NCBI GenBank assembly: GCA_965223665.1
Contig: OZ245011.1
Location: 2,304,001 to 2,368,000 of the forward strand
DNA length: 64,000 bases
Direction: 5' to 3'
Origin: Nitrospinaceae bacterium
GTDB taxonomy: Bacteria; Nitrospinota; Nitrospinia; Nitrospinales; Nitrospinaceae
The stretch's first letter is position 1. The number at the start of each line of letters is the position of its first letter. The notes under the pieces were generated by a model. It ran no database searches and was not told the DNA's origin. It was given only the letters and a program-made list of their open reading frames with translations. The position numbers and the translations under genes are program-made. Below are positions 10,742 through 20,126 of this stretch, in pieces.

Positions 10742-12211
10742 ATGCCCTCTAAAACAAAAGATATTGAAACCTATTTAACTTTTGATGATGTTTTGCTACT
10801 TCCTGCATTTTCCAAAGTTCTACCCTCTGAGGTCGATCTAAGTACTCAACTTACGCGAAAAATTCGTCTTAACTGTCCCCTATTAAGTGCTCCTATGGAT
10901 ACGGTGACAGAAGATAATCTAGCTATTGCTCTAGCGCAGCAAGGGGGAATCGGAATTATTCATAGAAACCTGCCCCCAGATCGACAGCGCAAAATGATTG
11001 AACGAGTTAAACGATCTATTAGTGTGGTTATACCAGACCCCATCACTCTGGAACCGGAAACTACATTGGAAGATGCTTTGCAGGTAATGGACAAATTTCA
11101 TATTACTGGAATTCCAGTTACAAAAAATAAAAAGCTTGTAGGCATTCTCACTAACCGGGATATCCGTTTCGAAAATAAACGCAACAAGCCGATTTCAGAG
11201 CTAATGACCAAAGAAAACCTGGTAACTATTCGAGAAGGAACTTCTTTAGAAAAATCCAAAAAGCTCCTTCACGAAAACAGGATTGAAAAACTTCCGGTGG
11301 TTGATTCAAAAGGAAACCTTAAAGGTTTACTCACATTAAAAGATATTTTACAAAGCTCAGAATATCCCGATGCTGCTAAAGATGAAAAAGGTCGTCTGCT
11401 GGTTGGAGCTGCATTAGGAGTTTCAACGGATTATATGGATCACATCGATGAGTTGGTTCAGGTTGGTCTTGATGTACTAACAATTGACAGTGCGCATGGT
11501 CATTCGAACAAAGTAATTCAAACGGTGGGAGAAATAAAAAAGAAATTCCCAGAATTGCAAGTAATCGCTGGTAACGTGGCCACCGTTGAAGGGACTCAAG
11601 CTTTAATTAAAGCCGGGGCTGATGCAGTTAAGGTGGGAATTGGTCCAGGATCAATTTGTACCACCCGGATTGTGACAGGAGTGGGGGTTCCGCAAATTAC
11701 GGCGGTCCAGAAATGCTCAGAGGTTGCAGATAAAAAAGGAGTCCCGATTATTTCCGATGGGGGCATTCGTCACAGTGGAGACATTACTAAAGCTATAGCA
11801 GCAGGAGCAAAATCAGTTATGATCGGCTCTTTGTTTGCTGGAACAGAAGAAAGTCCCGGAGAAAAAATACTTTACCAGGGTCGCAGTTATAAAGAATACC
11901 GGGGAATGGGTTCCATTGGAGCCATGAAAAAGGGAAGTAGCGAAAGATATTTTCAGGAAATGGGTTTGAATGAAAGCAAACTGGTACCTGAAGGGGTTGA
12001 AGCACGTATTCCTTATCGAGGATCTGTAGAATCTACTGTACATCAATTACTGGGAGGGTTACGATCCGGTATGGGCTATTGTGGTTGTGAAACTATCCAG
12101 GGCTTAAGAACCCAATCTAAATTTATTAAAGTCACATCTTCCGGCCTGCGGGAAAGTCACGTTCATGATGTCATTGTCACAAAAGAAGCACCCAATTACC
12201 ATATCGAATAA
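10742..12211 (+). CDS. guaB: IMP dehydrogenase with CBS domains
   Basis: [18 protein letters not shown] catalytic Cys, YRGMGS. Confidence 0.98.
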   Translation: MPSKTKDIETYLTFDDVLLLPAFSKVLPSEVDLSTQLTRKIRLNCPLLSAPMDTVTEDNLAIALAQQGGIGIIHRNLPPDRQRKMIERVKRSISVVIPDPITLEPETTLEDALQVMDKFHITGIPVTKNKKLVGILTNRDIRFENKRNKPISELMTKENLVTIREGTSLEKSKKLLHENRIEKLPVVDSKGNLKGLLTLKDILQSSEYPDAAKDEKGRLLVGAALGVSTDYMDHIDELVQVGLDVLTIDSAHGHSNKVIQTVGEIKKKFPELQVIAGNVATVEGTQALIKAGADAVKVGIGPGSICTTRIVTGVGVPQITAVQKCSEVADKKGVPIISDGGIRHSGDITKAIAAGAKSVMIGSLFAGTEESPGEKILYQGRSYKEYRGMGSIGAMKKGSSERYFQEMGLNESKLVPEGVEARIPYRGSVESTVHQLLGGLRSGMGYCGCETIQGLRTQSKFIKVTSSGLRESHVHDVIVTKEAPNYHIE

Positions 12212-12248
12212 ACCCACTGCCCAACACGAATGAATTAATTGTAATTTT

Positions 12249-13808
12249 ATGGCCAAATCTAAACAAGATCTGCATGATCAAAAAATATTGATCCTAGACT
12301 TTGGGTCGCAATACACCCAACTCATTGCCCGCAAAATTCGTGAATGCCAAGTCTATTGTGAAATTCATCCCTGCACTTGGTCTTTAAAAAAAATCACCCA
12401 ATTTAAACCGAAAGGGATCATCTTATCAGGTGGTCCGGCCAGTGTGCTGGATTCCGATTCACCTTTGGTAGATAGAGGGTTATTCAATTTAAAAGTTCCC
12501 ATTTTAGGGATCTGTTACGGCATGCAGGTTATCACGCACATGCTGGGGGGAAAAGTAGATCCTGCACAAGAGCGTGAGTTTGGTAAAGCCGAGTTGATGA
12601 TCAGTTCTTTTTCACATTTGTTTGAAAACGTGGGTAATCGATCCACTGTTTGGATGAGCCATGGCGATAGAATAAACAAACCACCAGATGGATTCCATCC
12701 CACAGCCTTTACCAATAATTCGCCCGTAGCTGCCATTGAACATTCTCTTCAAAAGATTTATGGATTGCAGTTTCACCCGGAGGTCGTTCATACACAAGAA
12801 GGTATCAAAATTTTAAAAAACTTTTTATTTCGGATTTGCGATTGCAAACCCACCTGGAAAGTAGAATCCTTTATTGATTATTCAATACAAACTATAAAAA
12901 AATCTGTGGGCAAGGGTAAAGTTTTATGCGCTTTAAGTGGTGGAGTGGATTCATCTGTTGTTGCAGTATTAATCCATCGGGCTATTCAAGACCGTTTAAT
13001 GTGTATATTTATTGATAACGGTTTGTTAAGGACTGGCGAAAGAAAAAAGGTGGAAGACACTTTTCGCGGAAACTTTCATATAAATTTAATGGTGGTAGAT
13101 GCCTCGGAGACATTTTTAAAACGATTAAAAGGTGTGGTTGATCCTGAAGAAAAAAGAAAAGTTATTGGGAATACGTTTATAGAAGTATTTGAAGAGGAAG
13201 CGAAACGTTCTGGGGACTTCACTTTTTTAGCTCAAGGAACATTATACCCTGACGTAATTGAGTCAGAATCTTTTAAAGGACCCTCCGCCGTTATTAAAAC
13301 TCATCATAACGTAGGCGGTTTGCCCGAAGAAATGAATTTAAAATTAGTGGAACCCCTTAGAGAATTATTTAAGGACGAGGTTCGTTCTTTGGGTAAAGAA
13401 ATGGGAATGCCGGATGAAATAATATCCCGCCAACCATTTCCCGGTCCGGGTTTAGCCATCCGCATTTTGGAAGAAGTCACCAAAGAGCGAATTGTTATTT
13501 TGCAAAAGGCAGATAAAATAATTTTGGAGGAAATAAAAGAAGCGGGTCTTTATAAAAATATTTGGCAGTCGTTTGCTGTTTTACTTCCCGTAAAAACGGT
13601 TGGAGTAATGGGGGATGCGCGAACCTATGAAAACGTAGTTGCCATACGGGCAGTGCATAGCAATGATGGTATGACTGCTGATTGGGTTCGACTTCCTTAT
13701 GACTTACTCGAAAAAATGTCCAACCGGATTATTAATGAAGTAAAAGGAGTCAACCGTGTTGTTTACGATATAAGCTCCAAACCCCCCAGCACCATTGAAT
13801 GGGAATGA
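12249..13808 (+). CDS. guaA: GMP synthase (glutamine-hydrolysing)
   Basis: DFGSQY, GICYG, QFHPE, SGGVDS, C-terminal KPPSTIEWE. Confidence 0.98.
   Translation: MAKSKQDLHDQKILILDFGSQYTQLIARKIRECQVYCEIHPCTWSLKKITQFKPKGIILSGGPASVLDSDSPLVDRGLFNLKVPILGICYGMQVITHMLGGKVDPAQEREFGKAELMISSFSHLFENVGNRSTVWMSHGDRINKPPDGFHPTAFTNNSPVAAIEHSLQKIYGLQFHPEVVHTQEGIKILKNFLFRICDCKPTWKVESFIDYSIQTIKKSVGKGKVLCALSGGVDSSVVAVLIHRAIQDRLMCIFIDNGLLRTGERKKVEDTFRGNFHINLMVVDASETFLKRLKGVVDPEEKRKVIGNTFIEVFEEEAKRSGDFTFLAQGTLYPDVIESESFKGPSAVIKTHHNVGGLPEEMNLKLVEPLRELFKDEVRSLGKEMGMPDEIISRQPFPGPGLAIRILEEVTKERIVILQKADKIILEEIKEAGLYKNIWQSFAVLLPVKTVGVMGDARTYENVVAIRAVHSNDGMTADWVRLPYDLLEKMSNRIINEVKGVNRVVYDISSKPPSTIEWE
13791..13808 (+). repeat. 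Left att-like direct repeat (guaA 3' end)
   Basis: ACCATTGAATGGGAATGA (TIEWE*); matches 16913-16930 at 14 of 18 positions. Confidence 0.7.
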
Positions 13809-13968
13809 TTACATATCTTATTCCATTTCCACTATTCTAGGGATAGATCAATATTAAATTGTTCCCCACACCCAATCGCAGGGATAAAGAGTATATGACT
13901 TTTGGACATGCGAAGGGTATTGCCCAGCGGATGTGTATAGCCAACCGTGCCATGCGTTGTCTATACCA

Positions 13969-16326
13969 TCAAAGGAAGTCATCGGCACATGACTTGCCTT
14001 GAGGTGTTTTCTTCCCAATTAAGATCTTATTGATCTCGTGCCCCTTACAGCATACTTGGCATCCTGCCTCCTCATGATTTAGACTACGGCATCGGCTAAC
14101 AACTTTTTGACGGCGATTCTCACTACCATTGCCTTGCCAAATCTTCTCATATGATTCGCTATATATATTCCCAAATACATAATTATCATCAAAAAGATGG
14201 TACATGCATACCGATAGCGCACCATCGCAATTTAATGCAACAAAAAGATTGTGTGATGAACACCCCTGATAGGTCGTGATGTCTGAGTGCGGATCTTCGT
14301 TTTTTATATGCCAGGTTTTAAGATCCTCAAACTTGTCATAGGATACAATCAGTTTGGTGTCTTGATCGCGCGTTTGCTTCTCTAACTTAAACAGCCGAAG
14401 ATATAATTCGATTATTTTCGATTCACTAAGCACCCTATCACCTTCGTTTTCTACCATAGGCCTTGGCAGAACTGGTCTGATTTGCAAATATGAAGCTTTC
14501 GTATTTTTTGCTAAATCATACAAGCCTTCCAGATCCTCAAAATTCCAATATGAGATATTTGCATTAAGCCCCACTTTTAAGTTTCGATACTCAACTAACT
14601 GCTCGATATTTTCACACACCCGCTCAAAGCTTAATGAAGTTGATCTTCGATGTTTTTGATATGCTGTTGGCCGATGCGTATCAACAGAGAACCTGACCCA
14701 TTCCATGTGCTTGCCGATGTGTTCGTTCAAAGAAGAATCGTAATCCCCATTGGTAAACAGACCTTGCTTTATTTTGGCCTCGCTAGCATAGTCGATTGCC
14801 TTAACAAAGTCCGGATGTCTAGTTGGCTCCCCCCCTCCTGACCAAGCCAAACATTTCCCTCCTTTCCCTTGGAAATCGAAAAGGAATTCTTTAAAATTAT
14901 CGTCAACTTTCAAATTCTTCGGAGGTTTATTGAGTATATTTTCACTAATGCACCAAGAGCACCCTTGATTACACTCATCGGTCAAATTTACTTCCATTTG
15001 TACTGGGTAGGTTAACTCATCATTCCAAACCCTCATCACATTATCATAGTAGTTAGATAGTAATTTTTTCTGCGTTGCGAAGGGATTTTTGGATTTATCC
15101 GAGAATGGGACTTTTTTCCTTAGGTAGATGTCGAGCAAATCCTTGAAAAGATCAATATCGTACGTTACTTCCCCTTTTCCCGATATACTGTCGAAGTCAA
15201 TATTGATAATGTCGAAATCTTCACGAAAAAAATTATCCAAGTGCTTAGTATAAAAATTATAAAATTTATCTTTGAGGTCGCGGTTAAGATATACTGCATA
15301 AGGAGAGTCGAGTGCCCTCATGCCTAACAGGTAATTGTTAACAAAAATCGAGTGGCCCTCCACCCAGTTGACATGAAATGGGATAGGGCTCATTGTTACT
15401 CGAACATCAACATCTTCTATCCTTGGATTGTTACGAATTTTATCTAGTATATACAGTGTATTATAGATCTTGTCGGATATCCGACCTTTAGTCTTCTCTT
15501 TTCTTTGAGCTCTGTGAACCTCAATAGTAGGTATCTGAGGATTGGATGGATTGAGTAACAAAACCCGGAGTTTGAGTTTTGCTTCCTGAGGCAGATGTTG
15601 AAACAAGCTGCCTCGTAACGACAGAGACTCAATATCCTTCCTAATATCTTCGTAATCAAAGGGTTTACCTTGAGAAGAGTTCATGGAAGGGTGCATGGGT
15701 TCAAATGCCCTAAAGAGGTTGCCCCCGCACAACAGGACATCATATTCCTGTTTTCGCTCCCAAAAGGCATTTCGGTAGAATTCATCGAACACGTCTTCTA
15801 TATTGGATTTTTGCAGAACCCCTACACTATTACCAATTTCGACAATGTTTTCTTTTTTTGCGTTTTTTGCTTGTTTAGCCCATTGCTTGATTTCATCCTT
15901 ATTCTTTTGTTCAAACTTATCAAGGTGCTCCTGCGATGGATTGGATATGGGTTCGCCTAAAAGTTTTAAATGGTTTACACCGTCAAGGTTAGATGGCAGC
16001 CTCACTCCCTCAAAAGGCGCAATACAAGTTTTTTTACTTCCGCAACTAATCAAGAACATTCCATATTCTATAAGGACATTCCCCTGCGCACTCCGATGCT
16101 CTTTGCCTCTATGGTGAGTTGCATCGTCCGGGCTAGCGAGCATTATCGCACCATCATATTTAAATAGAGTATATGGCAGAGCCTGAAAAACCGATTCTCC
16201 TGTAGGAAATACCTGGGGGTCCCACCAACCCTCTCCGGCGATACCCTCTAAACTTTCAAGGATTTTCTGAACCCTCTCCGCATATAGCCTATATTCTGAA
16301 GAACTACCAATAAAGATTTTAAACAT
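13969..16326 (-). CDS. TIR-like (CAP12/Pycsar-type) + DUF5919-like + radical SAM/SPASM fusion protein
   Basis: N-terminus KIFIGSSSE...SPDD...GNVLIEYG...LPSNLDGV (TIR-like, catalytic Glu present). Middle LRVLLLNP...FVNNY...DSP...FYNFY. C-terminus CNQGCSWC, SGGGEPT and Cys-rich SPASM-like tail. ATG at 16326 preferred to TTG at 16365. Confidence 0.8.
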   Translation of the reverse strand: MFKIFIGSSSEYRLYAERVQKILESLEGIAGEGWWDPQVFPTGESVFQALPYTLFKYDGAIMLASPDDATHHRGKEHRSAQGNVLIEYGMFLISCGSKKTCIAPFEGVRLPSNLDGVNHLKLLGEPISNPSQEHLDKFEQKNKDEIKQWAKQAKNAKKENIVEIGNSVGVLQKSNIEDVFDEFYRNAFWERKQEYDVLLCGGNLFRAFEPMHPSMNSSQGKPFDYEDIRKDIESLSLRGSLFQHLPQEAKLKLRVLLLNPSNPQIPTIEVHRAQRKEKTKGRISDKIYNTLYILDKIRNNPRIEDVDVRVTMSPIPFHVNWVEGHSIFVNNYLLGMRALDSPYAVYLNRDLKDKFYNFYTKHLDNFFREDFDIINIDFDSISGKGEVTYDIDLFKDLLDIYLRKKVPFSDKSKNPFATQKKLLSNYYDNVMRVWNDELTYPVQMEVNLTDECNQGCSWCISENILNKPPKNLKVDDNFKEFLFDFQGKGGKCLAWSGGGEPTRHPDFVKAIDYASEAKIKQGLFTNGDYDSSLNEHIGKHMEWVRFSVDTHRPTAYQKHRRSTSLSFERVCENIEQLVEYRNLKVGLNANISYWNFEDLEGLYDLAKNTKASYLQIRPVLPRPMVENEGDRVLSESKIIELYLRLFKLEKQTRDQDTKLIVSYDKFEDLKTWHIKNEDPHSDITTYQGCSSHNLFVALNCDGALSVCMYHLFDDNYVFGNIYSESYEKIWQGNGSENRRQKVVSRCRSLNHEEAGCQVCCKGHEINKILIGKKTPQGKSCADDFL

Positions 16327-16449
16327 AATTAATTCTCTCTGACCTAAAAAGAGCAGGGGCAACATTCATGATTCGAGCCAACCAGCAGGATGCGCCGCAT
16401 TCATTAGCAAGTTACGGAAACATGATTCTCTTCGTCGCGTGGTTATACC

Positions 16450-16721
16450 ATATCTGAGAATTTTGACTCGACATTCGAGTTTAAATCTGTCACATGATTT
16501 GGCTCGGAACCATATTCGGCGGCGCACTTACCAAAACCTGTACCTGGCCTTTACTCACCACGCCAGTAAAATGCATATTTCGAAAGCATCACTCGTCTGC
16601 CTGACCAAATCCCGAACACGTTCAGCAATCTCTCCCATATCACTTTGTATAGGTATTTGGTCATTCACACGAACTGGTACTCAATCTGGCTCAACGTATT
16701 ACCGCTAAATTGGTACTCCAT
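16450..16721 (-). pseudogene. tnpA: Degraded IS200/IS605-family transposase (TnpA, HUH/Y1)
   Basis: Manual translation from ATG 16721 (GGAGG RBS): MEYQFSGNTLSQIEYQFV*MTKYLYKVI / GEIAERVRDLVRQTSDAFEICIL / GVVSKGQVQVLVSAPPNMVPSQIM*QI*. Three stops, two frameshifts, and the HUH motif is eroded to QVQ. Confidence 0.8.
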
Positions 16722-16760
16722 CAATCCCCTCCGTATATTACCCGGGGACTCAGTCTCGCA

Positions 16761-16790
16761 GTTAAAGCTGACCGGCTGAAGTGGCTTAAA
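16761..16790. mobile_element. Remnant IS200/IS605 end sequence
   Basis: TAAAGCTGACCGGCTGAAGTGG just upstream of the tnpA remnant resembles a partly deleted IS200-type subterminal hairpin (recalled, not searched). Confidence 0.45.
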
Positions 16791-16912
16791 TCGTAGGAAG
16801 GACAATTAAAAGATGTATTTTTTAAGGAGTTTCTAATCAGAGTATTTTTCATTGCATTGCAACATACACCAACACATTAACCATTGATATTAAATTGTAA
16901 AAATACTCGTTT

Positions 16913-16930
16913 ACCATCGAGTGGGAATAG
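16913..16930 (+). repeat. Right att-like direct repeat (displaced copy of the guaA 3' end)
   Basis: ACCATCGAGTGGGAATAG encodes TIEWE*; differences from guaA are two synonymous third-position changes and a different stop codon. Confidence 0.7.
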
Positions 16931-17063
16931 AATTTTTTTTAAGCTTTTAAACTACCTTAGGTCGTATTCTTAAATCAAATTTGAAACTTGTAAAAAAATA
17001 ATTTAAAAAATTTCATCCCGCCTATTTTTTATTTTTTAAAATTCGGTTAAAATCTCTCTCTGT

Positions 17064-17723
17064 ATGAAAACTTTTGAAAAAACTTTAATTACCCTTTTTT
17101 TCCTAACCATCATCAATTCAAATGCTTTTGGCGGGCCTATGGTAGATATCCCAGCAGGGCCGTTTACTATGGGTAATGATCAAGACTCTCAAGCGACTAA
17201 AGAAGGAAGATTGTTTCTGGATGCTTACTCCATTGATAAATATGAAATTCGTAACAAGGAGTATAAGCAAGTTTATCCGGATCATGAGTTTCTTAGCAGT
17301 AGAGGTCGTTTCCCGGCAGTTCGAATAACCTGGCAAGAAGCCAAAGAGTATTGTGAGAAACTAGGAAAACGTCTTCCCACTGAAGCTGAATGGGAAAAAG
17401 CAGCTCGTGGGGAAAAAGGCCAATTATATCCATGGGGCAATAAACGGAAACGGAATCCCCCTAAGCCATTTTATTCGGGTTTAGCCCCTAAAGGAAAAAG
17501 AGGTTCAAGCTTAATTGATTCCTCTCCCTATGGAGTAAGAGATATGGCAGGGTCTGTCTGGGAATGGACGGCCGACGACTATGGCGATAAAAAAGTAATC
17601 CGCGGTGGATTATGGAACTTACACCTAGATTTTGAATGGAGTAAAACTTATGAACGCGCATTTATTCCTCCTGAAGAAAAACTTTCCTTTCTAGGTTTCC
17701 GATGCGTTCTCCCCAAAAAATAA
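17064..17723 (+). CDS. Secreted FGE-sulfatase (SUMF1 family) domain protein
   Basis: Signal peptide; IPAGPFTMG, RLPTEAEWEKAARG, DMAGSVWEW, GFRC. Confidence 0.85.
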   Translation: MKTFEKTLITLFFLTIINSNAFGGPMVDIPAGPFTMGNDQDSQATKEGRLFLDAYSIDKYEIRNKEYKQVYPDHEFLSSRGRFPAVRITWQEAKEYCEKLGKRLPTEAEWEKAARGEKGQLYPWGNKRKRNPPKPFYSGLAPKGKRGSSLIDSSPYGVRDMAGSVWEWTADDYGDKKVIRGGLWNLHLDFEWSKTYERAFIPPEEKLSFLGFRCVLPKK

Positions 17724-18445
17724 ACCGTCGCTTTTTTTTAAGTAGAACCTGGACCGCATTTCTTTCCTTTTTATTTACATGGTTTTTTTTCCCAAAAAAG
17801 TCACTTGCCAAAGATAAGGATTATTTCACCGGAACTGAATACGTTGGCAAAAACCGGACTGAAAAATTTAAACATTTTTACATAAATTATTGGAAACCCT
17901 TTCTCCGAATTCAACCCAAAAATTGGCGACTTCGGGTTGACGGCCTATGTTCCACTCCCCAGATATTTGATATTAAGCAAATTTATTCTTTTTCTAAAGA
18001 TTCTCAAGATTCTAGAATGAAATGCGTGGAATGTTGGTCCGCTCGTGCAGAATGGGCTGGGTTTCGTTTTCAACAGCTAGAAAAGATTTGTCCTCCTCTT
18101 CCAAATGCCGTGGGAGTTTTGTTTCATTGTGAAGATGAATACCAGGAATATTTAACATTGGAGGAACTAAGGCACCCGAGGACCCTTATTGCAACTCACA
18201 TGAACGGAAAACCTTTGTCTGATGAGCATGGTTTTCCTATACGAGTTATCATTCCTTTTAAATATGGATATAAAAATCCCAAAGCTATTCACAAAATGGA
18301 ATATGTTTCCAACTTAACTTATGGAACTTGGAGTCGAATAGGGTCTTATTCAACGGATGGCACCATTCTTCCAGGATATGATCATCCGCTTGAATTAAGG
18401 AAAAAACGACATCGGATTTCTGGAGGGGAAATAACCGATTATTAA
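17702..18445 (+). CDS. Tat-exported molybdopterin-dependent oxidoreductase (sulfite oxidase/MsrP-like)
   Basis: NRRFFL twin-arginine motif; CVECWS Mo-ligand region; EHGFPIR and KYGYKNPK. Confidence 0.85.
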   Translation: MRSPQKINRRFFLSRTWTAFLSFLFTWFFFPKKSLAKDKDYFTGTEYVGKNRTEKFKHFYINYWKPFLRIQPKNWRLRVDGLCSTPQIFDIKQIYSFSKDSQDSRMKCVECWSARAEWAGFRFQQLEKICPPLPNAVGVLFHCEDEYQEYLTLEELRHPRTLIATHMNGKPLSDEHGFPIRVIIPFKYGYKNPKAIHKMEYVSNLTYGTWSRIGSYSTDGTILPGYDHPLELRKKRHRISGGEITDY

Positions 18446-18651
18446 AGAAACCATTAAAAAAAATTGATAATTAATTTTAAACGAATCAACACACCAATAT
18501 TTCCTCAATAAAGATATGAGAACACCAGCCTAAATATCGAAACTCCTGTTTCAAAAAAAATTGCTCTTGACCCATTCTCCCTGAAATGGTACTAAATTGC
18601 CTTTTAAACTCAATATTTTGGAAATAATTTTGTATTTTTGGAGAAGTGATA

Positions 18652-18855
18652 ATGGAAGTAAATACAATAAAAGTTGAAATCCGTAAGCATCATGTGACCC
18701 CTGGAATCAATGTACTAGATTTGGTGATTGATGCAAATGGTGAAAAAGTCGTCAAACAAACCCAACATAAGGATACGGATCGAGCATTTAAAAAGTTTGT
18801 AGAGGATATAACGAAAGTAGCTAAGGATTTAGCTAACGCAAGAATAGAAGGTTAA
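18652..18855 (+). CDS. Small hypothetical protein
   Basis: GGAG RBS 8 nt before ATG 18652; compact ORF in the gap between genes. Confidence 0.6.
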   Translation: MEVNTIKVEIRKHHVTPGINVLDLVIDANGEKVVKQTQHKDTDRAFKKFVEDITKVAKDLANARIEG

Positions 18856-18958
18856 GAAAATTTTTTTGACAATTTTCTAAAAAACCCATTGCTTACTTAA
18901 TTCGACGAATTAGGGAAGTGTTAAATAGAGTGAAGGGTATTTAGTCGTCAGCATTTCT

Positions 18959-20008
18959 TCAAGCTCTTTGTATGCTCATTTTTTTTAATTTTTCTACTAA
19001 CGTAGTGCGATTTAATCCCAACAGACCTGCGGCTCTATTTTTTACCCAATTGGTTTTTTCAAGTGCTTCCAAGATTAAATCTTTCTCAAAATTTTCCACC
19101 ATTTTTTTTAGGTTTACTCCCTCTTCAGGGATTCCCAAGGGTGAGCGGCTCATAGAATTGTATAAAAATTCAACGGGTGTCTCTTCAGGTTTGGATTCTT
19201 CAAGTGGCTCCCAATTATTTTTTCCATTATCTCCCAACACCTTCTCTGGTAAATCTCTCGGTGTCAAAACACAATTGTTGCTCAAAACCACCATACGTTC
19301 TATAAAGTTTGCCAATTCACGTATATTTCCAGGCCAATGATAATTACAAAAAATCTCCATAGCTGCATCATTTAAACCAGTAACTGTTTTTCCTTTAGTT
19401 TCATTGAAATATTTTAAAAAATGGCGAACCAGGTAAGGAATATCAGATTTTCTTTCTCTTAATGGAGGAATAGTGATAGGAATAACATTTAATCGATAAA
19501 AAAGATCCTCTCGAAACTTACCGGCTTGAATAGCCTCCTCAAGATTGCAATGAGTCGCCGCAATAACTCTAACATTTATATTGATGGGCTTAGTGCCACC
19601 TACTCGGTCAATTTCATTTTCCGCCAAGACTCTTAATAACTTCACTTGTAATGAGAGCGGCATATCTCCAATTTCATCTAAAAAAACCGTCCCCTTGTTG
19701 GCTAGTTCAAAACGCCCTACCCTTGCTTGATTCGCTCCGGTAAAGGCTCCTTTTTCGTGACCAAAAAGCTCGCTTTCTAATAGTTCTGTGGGGATAGCTC
19801 CACAATTGACAGGCATAAATACTTCGTTCATACGGTGGCAATTGTGATGAAGAGCTCTTGCGACTAATTCCTTACCTGTTCCACTTTCCCCTGTAATGAG
19901 AACAGTGCTGTCTGAGTTAGCAGCCTTTTGAATGAGCTCAAAAACTTCTTGAATAGCGGGGCTACTTCCAATCAATTCGTAGGTGTCACTTTGCAATTTG
20001 ATTCCCAT
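18959..20008 (-). CDS. Sigma54-dependent enhancer-binding protein, FleQ/FlrA-like, with no N-terminal regulatory domain
   Basis: [39 protein letters not shown]-terminal Fis [15 protein letters not shown]. Confidence 0.85.
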   Translation of the reverse strand: MGIKLQSDTYELIGSSPAIQEVFELIQKAANSDSTVLITGESGTGKELVARALHHNCHRMNEVFMPVNCGAIPTELLESELFGHEKGAFTGANQARVGRFELANKGTVFLDEIGDMPLSLQVKLLRVLAENEIDRVGGTKPININVRVIAATHCNLEEAIQAGKFREDLFYRLNVIPITIPPLRERKSDIPYLVRHFLKYFNETKGKTVTGLNDAAMEIFCNYHWPGNIRELANFIERMVVLSNNCVLTPRDLPEKVLGDNGKNNWEPLEESKPEETPVEFLYNSMSRSPLGIPEEGVNLKKMVENFEKDLILEALEKTNWVKNRAAGLLGLNRTTLVEKLKKMSIQRA

Positions 20009-20126
20009 ATGAAATTTAGTTTAAGGGGAGAAATAGCGTGTGTCAAAAAAATGTATGCATAAATATTTGAAAAATATGAAGAAATATCGGAAGCGATAAT
20101 ATTATGACGGCCAAAATCAGAGAAAT

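Larger units (their letters stand above)
13791..16930. mobile_element. Degenerate genomic islet integrated at the guaA 3' end (no integrase remaining)
   Basis: Bounded by duplicated guaA terminal codons; contains the TIR-radical SAM gene and an IS200/IS605 remnant; the guaA 3' end is a known integration target. Confidence 0.7.

Noticed and set aside
13969-15100. Calling the radical SAM domain a prokaryotic viperin
   Set aside because: It has a Cys-rich SPASM-like extension and lacks the viperin-like CNYxCxFCF context; viperin is only a functional analogy.
16439-16708. 89-aa plus-strand ORF in the track
   Set aside because: It is the antisense shadow of the degraded IS200/IS605 tnpA on the minus strand.
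13809-16930. Calling the islet a CBASS, Pycsar or Thoeris system
   Set aside because: No CD-NTase, PycC cyclase or ThsA-like partner is visible in or near the islet.
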